Source: an uncultured Methylomirabilota bacterium
GTDB taxonomy: Bacteria > Methylomirabilota > Methylomirabilia > Methylomirabilales > 2-02-FULL-66-22
Assembly (NCBI GenBank): GCA_963845565.1
Contig: CAWJSJ010000002.1
Span: forward strand, 1,152,001-1,216,000
Length of the DNA stretch: 64,000 nt
Direction: 5' to 3'
Positions within the stretch are counted from its first letter, which is position 1; each line of letters begins with the position of its first letter. The position numbers and the translations under genes were made by a program. This document shows positions 39,555-49,025 of this stretch, piece by piece. The notes below the pieces were generated by a model, which worked only from the letters and a program-made list of their open reading frames with translations, had not been told where the DNA came from and did no database searches.

Positions 39555-40709
39555 ATGGCCGGGATGGTTGCCGTGAGCCCCCTGCTACTTCTCTTCGCCT
39601 TGGCCTTCCTGGTTTCCGTGGACGCGCGCATCCTGGCTCCGGTCCTCCCGTCCATCGCGTCTTCGCTCCAATCGACGCCGGGCACCGTCGGTCTGGCAAT
39701 GACCAGCTACGCGCTCAGCTACGGAACCGGGCAACTCGCCTATGGGCCGCTCTCGGACCGGTTGGGGAGGATCGCCGTGGTACGCGCGGCCGGCCTCGGC
39801 TTCGTCTTCTGTAGCGTCCTGTCGGCCGTGGCGCAGACTCCTGCGCAATTCATCGCCTTTCGGCTCTTGGCGGGCGTTTTCGCCGGGGCGGTGATCCCCC
39901 TGACACTGGTGTACATCGGCGACACGGTGGAGTACGCGCGCCGCCAAACCATGATCGGTCGCTTCTCGGTCGTCTCCTCGTTGGCCCTGGCGCTGTCGGC
40001 GTCGATCGGAGGAGCGATTGCCCATTTCGTCTCCTGGCGGGTGATGCTCTCCGGGTATGGCCTGTTGGCGCTGCTCCCGGTCGGCCTGATGTGGAGACTC
40101 GGGCCGCAACGGCCGCCCACCCCGCCCGCGACCACCGCCCGTTTCGGCGACTTCCTCCGCGACGGCCGCGCCCAGATGGTGTATCTGGCGGTGTTCCTGG
40201 AGGGTGCGTTGATGTGGGGCGGCATGACGTATCTCGGCGCCTTCGGCGTCCAGCGGTACGGTCTGGATCAGTTCTCGGTCGGCCTGCTACTGGCCCTCTT
40301 TGGTGTGGGCATCATGCTGGGGGGCGCCCTCATGGCGTGGATCCGGCGGCGCTGGTCGGAGAACGGACTGGCCGCAGGCGGGGGCGGCCTCATGGCGGCG
40401 GCGTTCCTGCTCCTGGTGCCCCGGTGGGGTGTGGCGGTCTTCGCCGGGAGCCTGTTCGTGATGGGGGTGGGGTTCGTGTGCCTCCATACGACCCTCCAGT
40501 TGCGCGGCACGGAAATCAGTCCGGCCGCGCGCGGCAAGGCCTTCGCCCTCTTTGCCTTTAGTCTGTTCGTCGGGATCGCCGCCGGCACGGCGGCGCTCGG
40601 CCTGCTGGTCGATGCAGGTCGGTACGAGCTGTTGTTCGTTGTGGCCGGCCTCGGTTTGGTTGCCGTCGGGCTGGCCACGGCCGCCGCCGGTCGTCGCCAA
40701 CACGGCTGA
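39555..40709 (+). CDS. MFS transporter
   Basis: YGPLSDRLGR, FRLLAG, multiple TMs. Confidence 0.88.
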   Translation: MAGMVAVSPLLLLFALAFLVSVDARILAPVLPSIASSLQSTPGTVGLAMTSYALSYGTGQLAYGPLSDRLGRIAVVRAAGLGFVFCSVLSAVAQTPAQFIAFRLLAGVFAGAVIPLTLVYIGDTVEYARRQTMIGRFSVVSSLALALSASIGGAIAHFVSWRVMLSGYGLLALLPVGLMWRLGPQRPPTPPATTARFGDFLRDGRAQMVYLAVFLEGALMWGGMTYLGAFGVQRYGLDQFSVGLLLALFGVGIMLGGALMAWIRRRWSENGLAAGGGGLMAAAFLLLVPRWGVAVFAGSLFVMGVGFVCLHTTLQLRGTEISPAARGKAFALFAFSLFVGIAAGTAALGLLVDAGRYELLFVVAGLGLVAVGLATAAAGRRQHG

Positions 40710-40789
40710 GTCCGCCCGCCGCACGCTTCGGTCTTGACATGCACCGCCACGCTGAGCCATCCTGCACACCGACTTTCACGGAGACGCGC

Positions 40790-41278
40790 ATGATCCCGCA
40801 GCACGTCGCCGCATGCCTCGCTGCCCATGGCCTGCAGGCCATCGAGTTTTCGCCCGGCACCACGGCCACGGCCGAGCTGGCCGCGCGGCAGCTCGGAGTC
40901 CAGGTGGGGCAGATCGCCAAGTCGCTGCTGTTCGTCGGAAAGGATGGGCGACGTGCCATGCTGCTCTGCCCCGGCGACCGCAAGGCGTCCTCTGCGAAGC
41001 TCAAGGCCGCGCTCGGGGTCAAGACCAGGATGACTCGGCCTGACGAGACGCTCGCCGCCACCGGATTCGAGCCGGGCGGGGTCTGCCCGTTCGGCATCGA
41101 TGGCAGCATCCTGGTCTTGGTGGACGCCGGGCTCCGTCAATACGCGACGATCTATCCCGCGGCGGGGACGAGCGCCTCGGGGGTCCCGATGACCTTCGAC
41201 CAGCTCATCGAGATCACGGGCGGGCGGCCAGGGGATTTCACGGTGGCCGGGGGGACGGGCGGGGAGATGGCAGGATGA
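40790..41278 (+). CDS. YbaK/EbsC family aminoacyl-tRNA deacylase-like protein
   Basis: QIAKSLLF, TGFEPGGVCPFG, YPAAG. Confidence 0.88.
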   Translation: MIPQHVAACLAAHGLQAIEFSPGTTATAELAARQLGVQVGQIAKSLLFVGKDGRRAMLLCPGDRKASSAKLKAALGVKTRMTRPDETLAATGFEPGGVCPFGIDGSILVLVDAGLRQYATIYPAAGTSASGVPMTFDQLIEITGGRPGDFTVAGGTGGEMAG

Positions 41279-42303
41279 GTCTAATGATCGGCCTTGGGGA
41301 CAGACCGCTCACGGTGGCGGTGGCCGGCGCGGGATACATCAGCCAGTTCCACCTCGCCGGCTGGAAGGATCTGCCGCAGGTCGAGGTCGTCGCGGTCTGC
41401 GATTCCGTGATCGAAAAGGCTCGGGGCCGTGCGGAGCGGTTCGGCGTGCCGCGGGTGTATGCCGACTTCAGCGAGATGCTGGAGCGCGAGCGACCGGATG
41501 CCGTGGACATCGCGACGTCCGTGGCCACGCATGCACCACTCACCCGGATCGCCGCGGATCGCGGTGTTCATGTGATGGTCCAGAAGCCAATGACTCCCAC
41601 GGTGGGAGAGGGCGAGGCACTGGTCCGGGACGTGGACGGGCGGATCCGGGTCATGGTCCACGAGAACTTCCGGTTCCGGCCGCACTACGTGGCGGTCCAG
41701 GATTGGTTGGCGGCGGGTCGGATCGGGGAGATCCGGCACGCCCGCTTGACCGTACGCAGCTCGGGGTTCGCGCCCGTGGCCGGGGGAACGCCCCCGATCC
41801 TGGTGCGACAACCGTACCTCCAGGCGTTTCCCCGCCTCCTGATATTCGAGGCACTGATCCACCATCTGGACGTCTTGCGGTCGCTGTTGGGACCGTTGAC
41901 GGTGACATCGGCGACGTTGTCCAGGATCAATCCCACCCTGACCGGCGAAGACGTGGCGACGATTGAACTGCGCGGGCAGGCCGGCACGGTCGCGGTCCTG
42001 GACGGGAATTTCTCGGCGCCCGGCTATCCCGTCGTACCGGTGGACCGACTGGAGATCGTGGGCACGCACGCAACCTTGCTCTACGACGTCACCCGCCTGG
42101 GCCTGGTTGGGGTTTCTGAGCCCGCGCTCGCCTTCGACCCGGCCGGAACCTACCAGAAGTGCTTCACCGAGGCCATCCGGCACTTTGTGCGCGGCCTCCG
42201 CACCGGCGAGCCATTTGCCACCGAAGCCCGAGACAATCTGGAAGTTCTCCGTTTGGTGGAGGCCTGCTATGCGGCGGCGGGGCGTCCAGGGTTGAGCGCA
42301 TGA
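41275..42303 (+). CDS. Gfo/Idh/MocA family oxidoreductase
   Basis: GAGYIS, QKPM, HENFRF, IHHLD. Confidence 0.9.
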   Translation: MSLMIGLGDRPLTVAVAGAGYISQFHLAGWKDLPQVEVVAVCDSVIEKARGRAERFGVPRVYADFSEMLERERPDAVDIATSVATHAPLTRIAADRGVHVMVQKPMTPTVGEGEALVRDVDGRIRVMVHENFRFRPHYVAVQDWLAAGRIGEIRHARLTVRSSGFAPVAGGTPPILVRQPYLQAFPRLLIFEALIHHLDVLRSLLGPLTVTSATLSRINPTLTGEDVATIELRGQAGTVAVLDGNFSAPGYPVVPVDRLEIVGTHATLLYDVTRLGLVGVSEPALAFDPAGTYQKCFTEAIRHFVRGLRTGEPFATEARDNLEVLRLVEACYAAAGRPGLSA

Positions 42304-43343
42304 CGATTGACCGATTCATCGCCGAGCAGCCGGAGATTCTAGAGGCGATCCTGGCGGAGGTGCCGGGGCAGCTCAGCGTGCTCGGTCCGATCGCCTCCGG
42401 CGGCCCCATCTATCTGGTAGGGTCCGGGACCTCCATGAACGCCCTGGTGGCGGTGGAGGCGCTCTTTGACCGCCTGGTCCCCGCGGGCGCGCGCATCCGC
42501 GGCCCGCTGGCGTTTCTGGCGGAGATGGACCGGGTGCGCAAGCGGAAAGGGCTTGCGATCATCCTGTCCCAGACCGGGAGCAGCACCACAACGGTGGAGG
42601 CGGTCCGGCGCGCCCGGGATCGTGGGATGCGGACGGTGACGCTGACGGCGGTGCGGCACAGCCCCATCGGTCACGTGTCCGACGAGCTGGTCGTCATACC
42701 GGTGGGTCCCGAGCCGGTCGGCCCCAAGACCAAAGGTTACACGGCGAGCCTGCTGACATTGATGCTCCTGGCGCGGTCACTGGCCGGAGAGCGGTTGGAG
42801 CCGAACGGCTTCACGACCGACCTCTCTCAGCTCATTGCCTACGCCCGTGGCGCAGTGGCCGAGCTGGCCGAGACGTGCGAGGGTGCCGACTTCTGCATGG
42901 CCATGGGACAGGATCGGCACTATGCGACCGCCCTGGAGGGATCCCTGAAGCTCTCGGAGATGAGCGGCGTCGCCGCCGCGGCGTTCGATACCGAGGAAGC
43001 CTTCCATGGTCGGTTCCACGGATTAGGGATGTTCAGCGTTGCCCTCTTTGTCGCCGCCACAACCACCCAGCACGAGATGGCTACCACGGGCGCCACGGTC
43101 CTGTCCGACCTCGGCGTCAAGGCTCGGATCCTGAACCTGGCAGAGACCCTACCCGGACCGCACGATCTTCCGCTGCCGTGGCCCGCGACGAACCGGTGCC
43201 CGGAGCTCGACCTCATCAGCGCCATCGTGCCGTTCCAGCTCCTGGCGTGCGAGCTGGCCAAGCGGAAGGGACTGACGCCGGAACGGATGCGGTATCCGGA
43301 TCTGTCCCATCGCCTGCGGATCAAGACCGGGTCGGCGCCATGA
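42300..43343 (+). CDS. double SIS-domain sugar-phosphate isomerase/deglycase (GlmS-C/FrlB-like)
   Basis: GSGTS, SQTGSS, PKTKGY, EGSLKLSE, EEAFHG. Confidence 0.88.
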   Translation: MTIDRFIAEQPEILEAILAEVPGQLSVLGPIASGGPIYLVGSGTSMNALVAVEALFDRLVPAGARIRGPLAFLAEMDRVRKRKGLAIILSQTGSSTTTVEAVRRARDRGMRTVTLTAVRHSPIGHVSDELVVIPVGPEPVGPKTKGYTASLLTLMLLARSLAGERLEPNGFTTDLSQLIAYARGAVAELAETCEGADFCMAMGQDRHYATALEGSLKLSEMSGVAAAAFDTEEAFHGRFHGLGMFSVALFVAATTTQHEMATTGATVLSDLGVKARILNLAETLPGPHDLPLPWPATNRCPELDLISAIVPFQLLACELAKRKGLTPERMRYPDLSHRLRIKTGSAP

Positions 43344-43563
43344 GCGCCCTGCTCGGCATCGATTTCGGCGGTACTGGGACGCCGTCTCGGCGGCGGATGT
43401 CTTTCGGTTGGCGGCGCAGGACGACCGGGCCACCGAGGCGGCGATGGAGGGGGTTGCCCGGAGCCTCGCGCAGGCCTTCGGCATCATGATCAACCTCTTG
43501 AACCTGGAAGCGTGTATCATCGGCGCCGCCGCGATGGCGGCTGGCCGGATCGGATCATCGTAG
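43340..43563 (+). pseudogene. ROK family kinase remnant with two large internal deletions
   Basis: MSALLGIDFGGT, then (shifted frame) SAADVFRLAAQDD..AAMEGVARSLAQAFGIMINLLNLEACIIGAAAMAAGRIGSS*. Confidence 0.75.
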
Positions 43564-43674
43564 GCGTGGTTGCCGGAGGAGACAAACGAGGCGCCCGTCG
43601 CACCGCAGGCGTGTCGCAGGTCATCGGGTGCGCCGGTGGAACGAGAAAAGCATTACACGAGAGGGGGAGACGCC

Positions 43675-44022
43675 ATGCCGTTCTACGATTTGAAGGAAGT
43701 TCAGGAGCTTCCGCTGGTCAACGGAATCACGATCAAGGCGATCTACGGGAGCAACGTGTCGGTATCATTCCTGGAGTTCCCCGCCTACTCGACGATTCCC
43801 CCGCACGCCCATCCGAATGAGCAAATAGGCATCGTCACCGAAGGGGCGCTGCATTACACCATCAATGGGGAAAGCCGGCTCTGTCCGGCGGGTACGGCGT
43901 TCGTCATCCCGCCGAATGCGGTGCATTCCGCCACCGTGGTGTCGGACCAACCCGCGAAGCTGGTCGACATCTTCGCACCGCCGCGGAACATCATGGAGCC
44001 GTTGAGATTCACTGGTCGATAG
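43675..44022 (+). CDS. cupin domain protein (paralog of 39137-39484)
   Basis: MPFYDL.EVQEL.L.NGI.I.A.YG, PPHAHPNEQIG, FVIPPNAVHS. Confidence 0.88.
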   Translation: MPFYDLKEVQELPLVNGITIKAIYGSNVSVSFLEFPAYSTIPPHAHPNEQIGIVTEGALHYTINGESRLCPAGTAFVIPPNAVHSATVVSDQPAKLVDIFAPPRNIMEPLRFTGR

Positions 44023-44137
44023 CGCCTCCCTTCGACCAGGAGACGCAACGTTTGCCTGGCAAGCCACCATTCCGTGTATGGTTCTTGTGATTCAATAATT
44101 GCTCGGCTATCTGCGACCGGCGGCTGGAACGGGTGGA

Positions 44138-44178
44138 AACACAACACCCGGCTCTGTGCGAGAGCCGGGTGTTGTGTT
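44138..44178. terminator. 18-bp perfect hairpin between convergent genes
   Basis: AACACAACACCCGGCTCT-GTGCG-AGAGCCGGGTGTTGTGTT. Confidence 0.7.
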
Positions 44179-44215
44179 CTGCGGCAGACCGCACGTCCGA
44201 ATCGGCCTCGGGTTA

Positions 44216-45040
44216 TTATCGTTCGCCCGTCTTTCGAGTCAGGTGCGGCCCGAGGCACTGCATCGCCACTTCCACGTCCGCGATGAAGCTCGTTCGCACG
44301 TTGCCCTCGATGGCCAGTTTGCCCTGGTAGCCCACCTCGTCAAGCATCCCGATGATCGCGCCGAAGTCAAGGGCCCCGAAGCCGGGGAAATGCCGGTTGT
44401 TATCCGAGAGGTGGAAGGAGCCAAAGCACGCCTGGTGTGCAGAGATCGCCTGCCTCATATTCGACTCTTCGATGTTCATGTGGAACGTGTCCGGGAGGAT
44501 CCAAACGAACGGACTACCTGCGCGGCGGGCGATGTCCCAGGTGTCGGCCAGGCTGTGGCCGACCGGCGACTCGTAGCGGTTCACCGCCTCGATGAGCAGG
44601 GGAGTCTTGAGCCGGTCGGCGATCGGCGCCAACTCTACCACGGATGCGGCCAAGCGTTCCCGCGCCCCAGGCCCGCTGTCCTGAGGAGCGCCCTTGAGGT
44701 ACCCGGCGATCACCCCTGCGCCGAACTCGTGTGCGAATTCCAGGAAGCGTATGGTGCGACCGATCGCCTCCTTGCGGCGCGCCTCATCCGACGTCGCCAG
44801 CGAGAGGTTAAAGGTCTTGGCGGTGAGACCGGAGGCAAACATCGAGAGAACCAGGCCGAACTCGGCCAGGTAGGCCTTGAGCCGACGGGGCTCCACAGTG
44901 TCCGGATCGGAGATGTTCAACTCCACGCCGTCGAACCCTAGCCGTCGAAGCGTCTCGAGGTTCCGGCGAAACTCTGCATCCGCCAGGTAATCCTCCGGCA
45001 GCCGCGTCTGGATGGCTAAGAAGTACCGATAGTGTCCCAT
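44216..45040 (-). CDS. sugar epimerase TIM barrel (5-keto-L-gluconate epimerase IolO-like)
   Basis: IEAVNRYE, DTFHMNIEE, HLSDNNRHFPG.G.LDF; downstream of iolN. Confidence 0.8.
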   Translation of the reverse strand: MGHYRYFLAIQTRLPEDYLADAEFRRNLETLRRLGFDGVELNISDPDTVEPRRLKAYLAEFGLVLSMFASGLTAKTFNLSLATSDEARRKEAIGRTIRFLEFAHEFGAGVIAGYLKGAPQDSGPGARERLAASVVELAPIADRLKTPLLIEAVNRYESPVGHSLADTWDIARRAGSPFVWILPDTFHMNIEESNMRQAISAHQACFGSFHLSDNNRHFPGFGALDFGAIIGMLDEVGYQGKLAIEGNVRTSFIADVEVAMQCLGPHLTRKTGER

Positions 45041-45175
45041 CGCGCCTCCGGCCAAGCGCTCAGCGCTCAGCGGTCAGCCAAGATCAAGAACATAGCGCAT
45101 GAAACCGAAAACGGAAGAGGGGCAGAGAGCCGCATGCCCTAGTGCTCCCCCTCATCCGTGCTCCATTGCGGTTCT

Positions 45176-46144
45176 TCAGAACGGCCAGTGCAGACTGTAA
45201 ATGCTCCGGCCGCCGGGGGCGAAGGGGCCCTTGAGGACCGCCTCGATCTCTTCCTTGGGCCGCATGGTCACCTCTTCGATGGGCGGCAGCTTCCCCGGTG
45301 GGAAGGTCCTCTTGATGTCGTCGTGAAGCTTCACCATGTAGTCCAGGAGGGCGCGGACCCCCGGATAGGCCTTCTCGGCGGTCGCCTTGCTGGCTTTGCC
45401 CACCACGCCGGGCTGATAAGCGGCGATCTCCATGGGGCCGCAGCCCACTTGTCCGTACCAGGCGATGGCCCGGTGGAGGAGGTTGCCCGCCTTGTCGATG
45501 TGGCCATCCGGCAGGTAGCCGCGGGGCTCGGTGTCCACCACGTCTTCCATGTGCATGAACTCGGGGAAGAGGGCGAGCGACCAGGAGGTCTCCACCTCGT
45601 CCGCATGGATGAAGGGCGTATCCCACGGGCCGCCGTCTTTGGTGGTCTTGAAGTGCTCCTGGATGGCATGGTACCAGTTCAGGTTGATGAAGATCCCGGG
45701 TACCTGAAACGTCTTGGCGAACTGGTGGATGGCGGTCGGGATCACATATTCCTGGCCGTGACCGTTGAGCAGGATCTGTTTCCGGAAGCCCATGTTCCAG
45801 AGGCCGACCATGATCGCCTTGAGCTGGCCGATGAAGATCTCCTCGGGCACGATGATCGTCCCAGGCATCCCCATGTGGTGGTAGGGGTGCGAGCCGTACC
45901 AGACGGGCTGGGCCACCGTGCAGCCCACTTTCTTTGCCACGGCCTCGGCCATCCGGGTCACCAGGAAGGTGTCCTCGCCGATGCAAGCGTGGGGCCCATG
46001 AGCCTCGGTGGACCCGATCGGTACGATGATGATGTCGTTCTGCTTCAGGCGCGCGTCGATCTGCTTCCAGGTCATGTTCTGCAGATAGATCTGGTCGGCA
46101 GACTCCATGTGGCCGCCTTTCGGGGGCAACGTCCACTCACTCAC
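45176..46144 (-). CDS. iolN: creatininase-family 3-dehydro-scyllo-inosose hydrolase
   Basis: GSTEAHG, GEDTFLVTRMAE, HPYHH.GMPGT, NGHGQE, PFIHADEVETSWSLALFPE, GHIDKAGNLLHR - closely recalls Thermotoga IolN. Confidence 0.88.
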   Translation of the reverse strand: MSEWTLPPKGGHMESADQIYLQNMTWKQIDARLKQNDIIIVPIGSTEAHGPHACIGEDTFLVTRMAEAVAKKVGCTVAQPVWYGSHPYHHMGMPGTIIVPEEIFIGQLKAIMVGLWNMGFRKQILLNGHGQEYVIPTAIHQFAKTFQVPGIFINLNWYHAIQEHFKTTKDGGPWDTPFIHADEVETSWSLALFPEFMHMEDVVDTEPRGYLPDGHIDKAGNLLHRAIAWYGQVGCGPMEIAAYQPGVVGKASKATAEKAYPGVRALLDYMVKLHDDIKRTFPPGKLPPIEEVTMRPKEEIEAVLKGPFAPGGRSIYSLHWPF

Positions 46145-46343
46145 GGTAGACCTCCTTATAAGGACAGGGACAACGACAGGGGCAGGGATTGAGAATTCCG
46201 GCGCCCGGCGCCTGCCCTCTCCTTGTGCTTTTTGTGGCTCCTCGGCTCTTGGCTCTACGCTCTCGACACCAGGCTCTCGGCACTCAATCCATCTTGATCC
46301 CGAACTTCTTGAACTTCTCCTTTCGCATGCTCCTGAGGCAGGA

Positions 46344-47465
46344 CTACCGTGGCCCCACCAGCGGCAACCCATACACCGACTTCCAGCCGGGGCTCATGGG
46401 CTCCTGGAGGTACGGGGCCAGCTCCTCGGGGATCGCGCAGCGTCGTCTTCTCGATGGGCGGGAGCTTGCCCGGCGGGGAAGGCGGCCAGGATCTCGTCCT
46501 GGACCAGGGTCAGGTAGCGCAGGATGGCCACCAGGGGCCGCTTGGCCTTCTGGGCGGTCGGCATGGGTGGCCTTGCCGACCACGCCCTTCCGGGGTGCCC
46601 TTGATCTCGATGGCGAAGTGGCCCTCGCCCTCGCTCCAGCGGTGGGGCCGGGTGTACATGTCCACCGAGGTGTCGAAGTGGCCGCCGGGCAGGAACTGGA
46701 CCGACTCGGTGTCCACGGCCTAGGTCATGTCCACCATCTCGGGGAAGAGGTAGCAGCGAGAGCGAGGTCTCCGACTCGTCGGCGTGGATGAAGGGGGTGT
46801 CGTACTCGCCGCCCTTCTCCTTGGTGCGGAAGAACTCGCGCACCGCCCGGTGCCAGTCCATCACCCGGAAGATGCCCGGGAGCTGGTAGCGCTTGCAGAA
46901 CTCCTGCAGGGCCGACTCCAGCATCCAGAGGTGGCCGTGGTTGTTGACGATAGATCTGCTTGCGGAAGCCGTCGTTCCACAGCCCCAGCATCACGTCGAT
47001 CAGCAGCTCCCGCACCACTTCTTCCCGCAGGATGACGGTGCCGGGCATGCCCAGGTGGTGGTAGGGGTGGCCGCCGTAGTTGAAGGGCGGCAGCGCCAGG
47101 TTGATCGGGGCGCCGCGCTTGGCCGTGTAGCGGCGCACGCCCTCGCAGATCATGCTGACGTACAGGGTGTCCGCCGCGCTCACCATGTGCTGGCCGTGGT
47201 TCTCGGTGCAGCCCACCGGGATCAGGACGATGTCGTTCTTGCGCCGGTTGGCCTCCACCTGGTGGCGGACGGTGGTCTGGATGTAGGAGCCGGGCTTGGC
47301 CCACTCGCAGCCGGCGGCGGGGAAGCCGTACTCGGCGAGCCAGGCGTCGATCTGGGCGTCGCTGGCCTCCCAGATCTCCTTCTTCATGCGCCCGACGGCG
47401 TTGTCTTCGAAGAACAGGTCGGGCTGCTTGGTGGCGAGGAGCCCTTGGGGGGTTGGGATGCTCAT
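46344..47465 (-). CDS. second IolN/creatininase paralog with N-terminal extension; at least five frameshifts and an in-frame TAG (46722-46720)
   Basis: Pieces across ORFs 46725..47927, 46394..46924, 46510..46716, 46344..46583: GCTENHG, HPYHHLGMPGT, WNDGFRKQI, PFIHADESETS, EPMSPGWKSVY. Confidence 0.8.
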
Positions 47466-47518
47466 GGGATCTCTCCTTCTTCCGTACGATCTATTATCGA
47501 GCCCTCCGGATCGGCAGA

Positions 47519-48690
47519 CTAGCGCGGCTTCACCAGGATCTTGCCGTCGCTGCGGCTGCCGGACTGCTTGATCGCCTCCACCACGGTGTCGAGGCTGAAG
47601 CGGGCGGTGATGATCTTCCGGTTGTCGACGGCGCCGCTGGCCATCAGGCGGATGACGTTGGGGAAGATCTCGTCGCCGGAGTGGCCCTGGGAGCCGAAGA
47701 ACTGCGCGTGGCGGACCTGGAACTGATCCAGATAGACGGGGACCCGATCCGCGGCGCGGCCGACCTGGGCGATCTTGCCGTTGACCGCCATCGAGCGCTC
47801 CATCTCGGGGAAGGTCAGGGTCGGGACCCCCGCCGCCTCGAGGTGGAAGTTCGCCCCGTCGCCGTGCGTGAGCTCCATCACCACGTCCGACGGCCGCGTC
47901 TTCTGCTTGGTGAGGGCGACGGGTCATAGACGTAGTCGGCGCCCATGGCGGTGCAGAGCGCGCGCCGTTCGGGCACGGTCTCGAAGGCGATCAGCTTGGC
48001 GGCGCCCGCCGCCTTGATCATGGCGATGGCGGAGAGGCCGATGCAGCCCCCGCCGTACACCACGGCGTAGGCGCCCGGCTTGAAGCCGCCGCCCCGGATG
48101 AAGACGGCGTTGTAGGCGACGCAGGTCGGCTCCACGGTGGCGCCCAGCTCGTACACGATGTCGGGGTCGGGATACCGCTCCAAGAGGGTATCGAGCTTCC
48201 AGCAGTACTTGCTGCCGATGGCGAGATACTCGGCGAAGGCGCCGTCGATGGTGAAGCCGATCTCTTCGAGGCGTTCGCACTGGTTCGGATAGCCGTTCCG
48301 GCAGGGGGTGCACTCGCCGCACCAGATCATCTCCTCGGCGGTCACCATGTCGCCCACCTTCAGGTCGCGGACCTCGTTACCCACCTCCTGCACGACGCCG
48401 GAGAACTCGTGGCCGGTGGCGCAGGGGAGCTTCATCAGGCCGGGGTACATCACGTAGCCCTGGGCGTCGGTCTCGTACATGTGGATGTCCGAGCCGCACA
48501 CGCCGCAGGCCTTCACCTTGAGGAGGACCTCCTTGGGGCCGATCTTGGGGACCGGCACCTCGCGCACGGCCAAGGTCGGCGCCTTGTAGACGCTGTTGCC
48601 CGTGACGGCCTTGCCCGTCTGCTTCTCGAACTCGCTGACCACGTAGCCGGCCTTCGGCTCCCACTTCGCATCCAGTACCAACGCCTTCAT
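47519..48690 (-). CDS. iolM: Zn-dependent scyllo-inosose 3-dehydrogenase, frameshift near 47920
   Basis: CGVCGSDIH, GHEFSG, AEEMIWCGECTPC, VEPTCVAYNA, GSQGHSG..IFPNVI.LMA. Confidence 0.82.
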
Positions 48691-48818
48691 GATGTTCCTC
48701 CTTCCCGCCCTCGGGGGCGGACGCATGACCCGGGGAGATCGATCCTACCCCCTACTTTCCTCGCCAGGGGCGATTGCTGTCAAGGGGGGAGTGGCAGCGC
48801 GCGAACTTTGTGTTCTTT

Positions 48819-48838
48819 GCGTAACGTTAACGCTAACA
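48819..48838. promoter_or_regulatory. LacI-family-like operator between divergent iolM and iolE-like genes
   Basis: GCGTAACGTTAACGCTAACA; contains CGTTAACGCTAACA resembling TGTTAGCGCTAACA-type sites. Confidence 0.5.
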
Positions 48839-49025
48839 GTAAGAGACCCATGAGTGCTTTCCGTCGTGAGGGCACGGGCAGGGAGGTCTTGCGCCGCGCC
48901 GCTACTTCGGCTACCCTGTACCACTCATGACCAGCCCGCCGAGGCGGGCTGGGCGGTCTCTGACAACCGAGCGCACGGGCTGTTGCGCGGACCGCCGGGG
49001 GACAACGCGTGGGGGAGGGGAACGC

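Noticed and set aside
46720..46722. In-frame TAG as pyrrolysine or readthrough
   Set aside because: Non-catalytic position inside an error-rich stretch; no pyl genes in the window.
46344..47930. Dense frameshifts in iolN paralog and iolM as real decay
   Set aside because: Mostly single-base insertions clustered locally with otherwise intact motifs and codon bias, typical of low-coverage long-read consensus. Cannot be excluded without reads.
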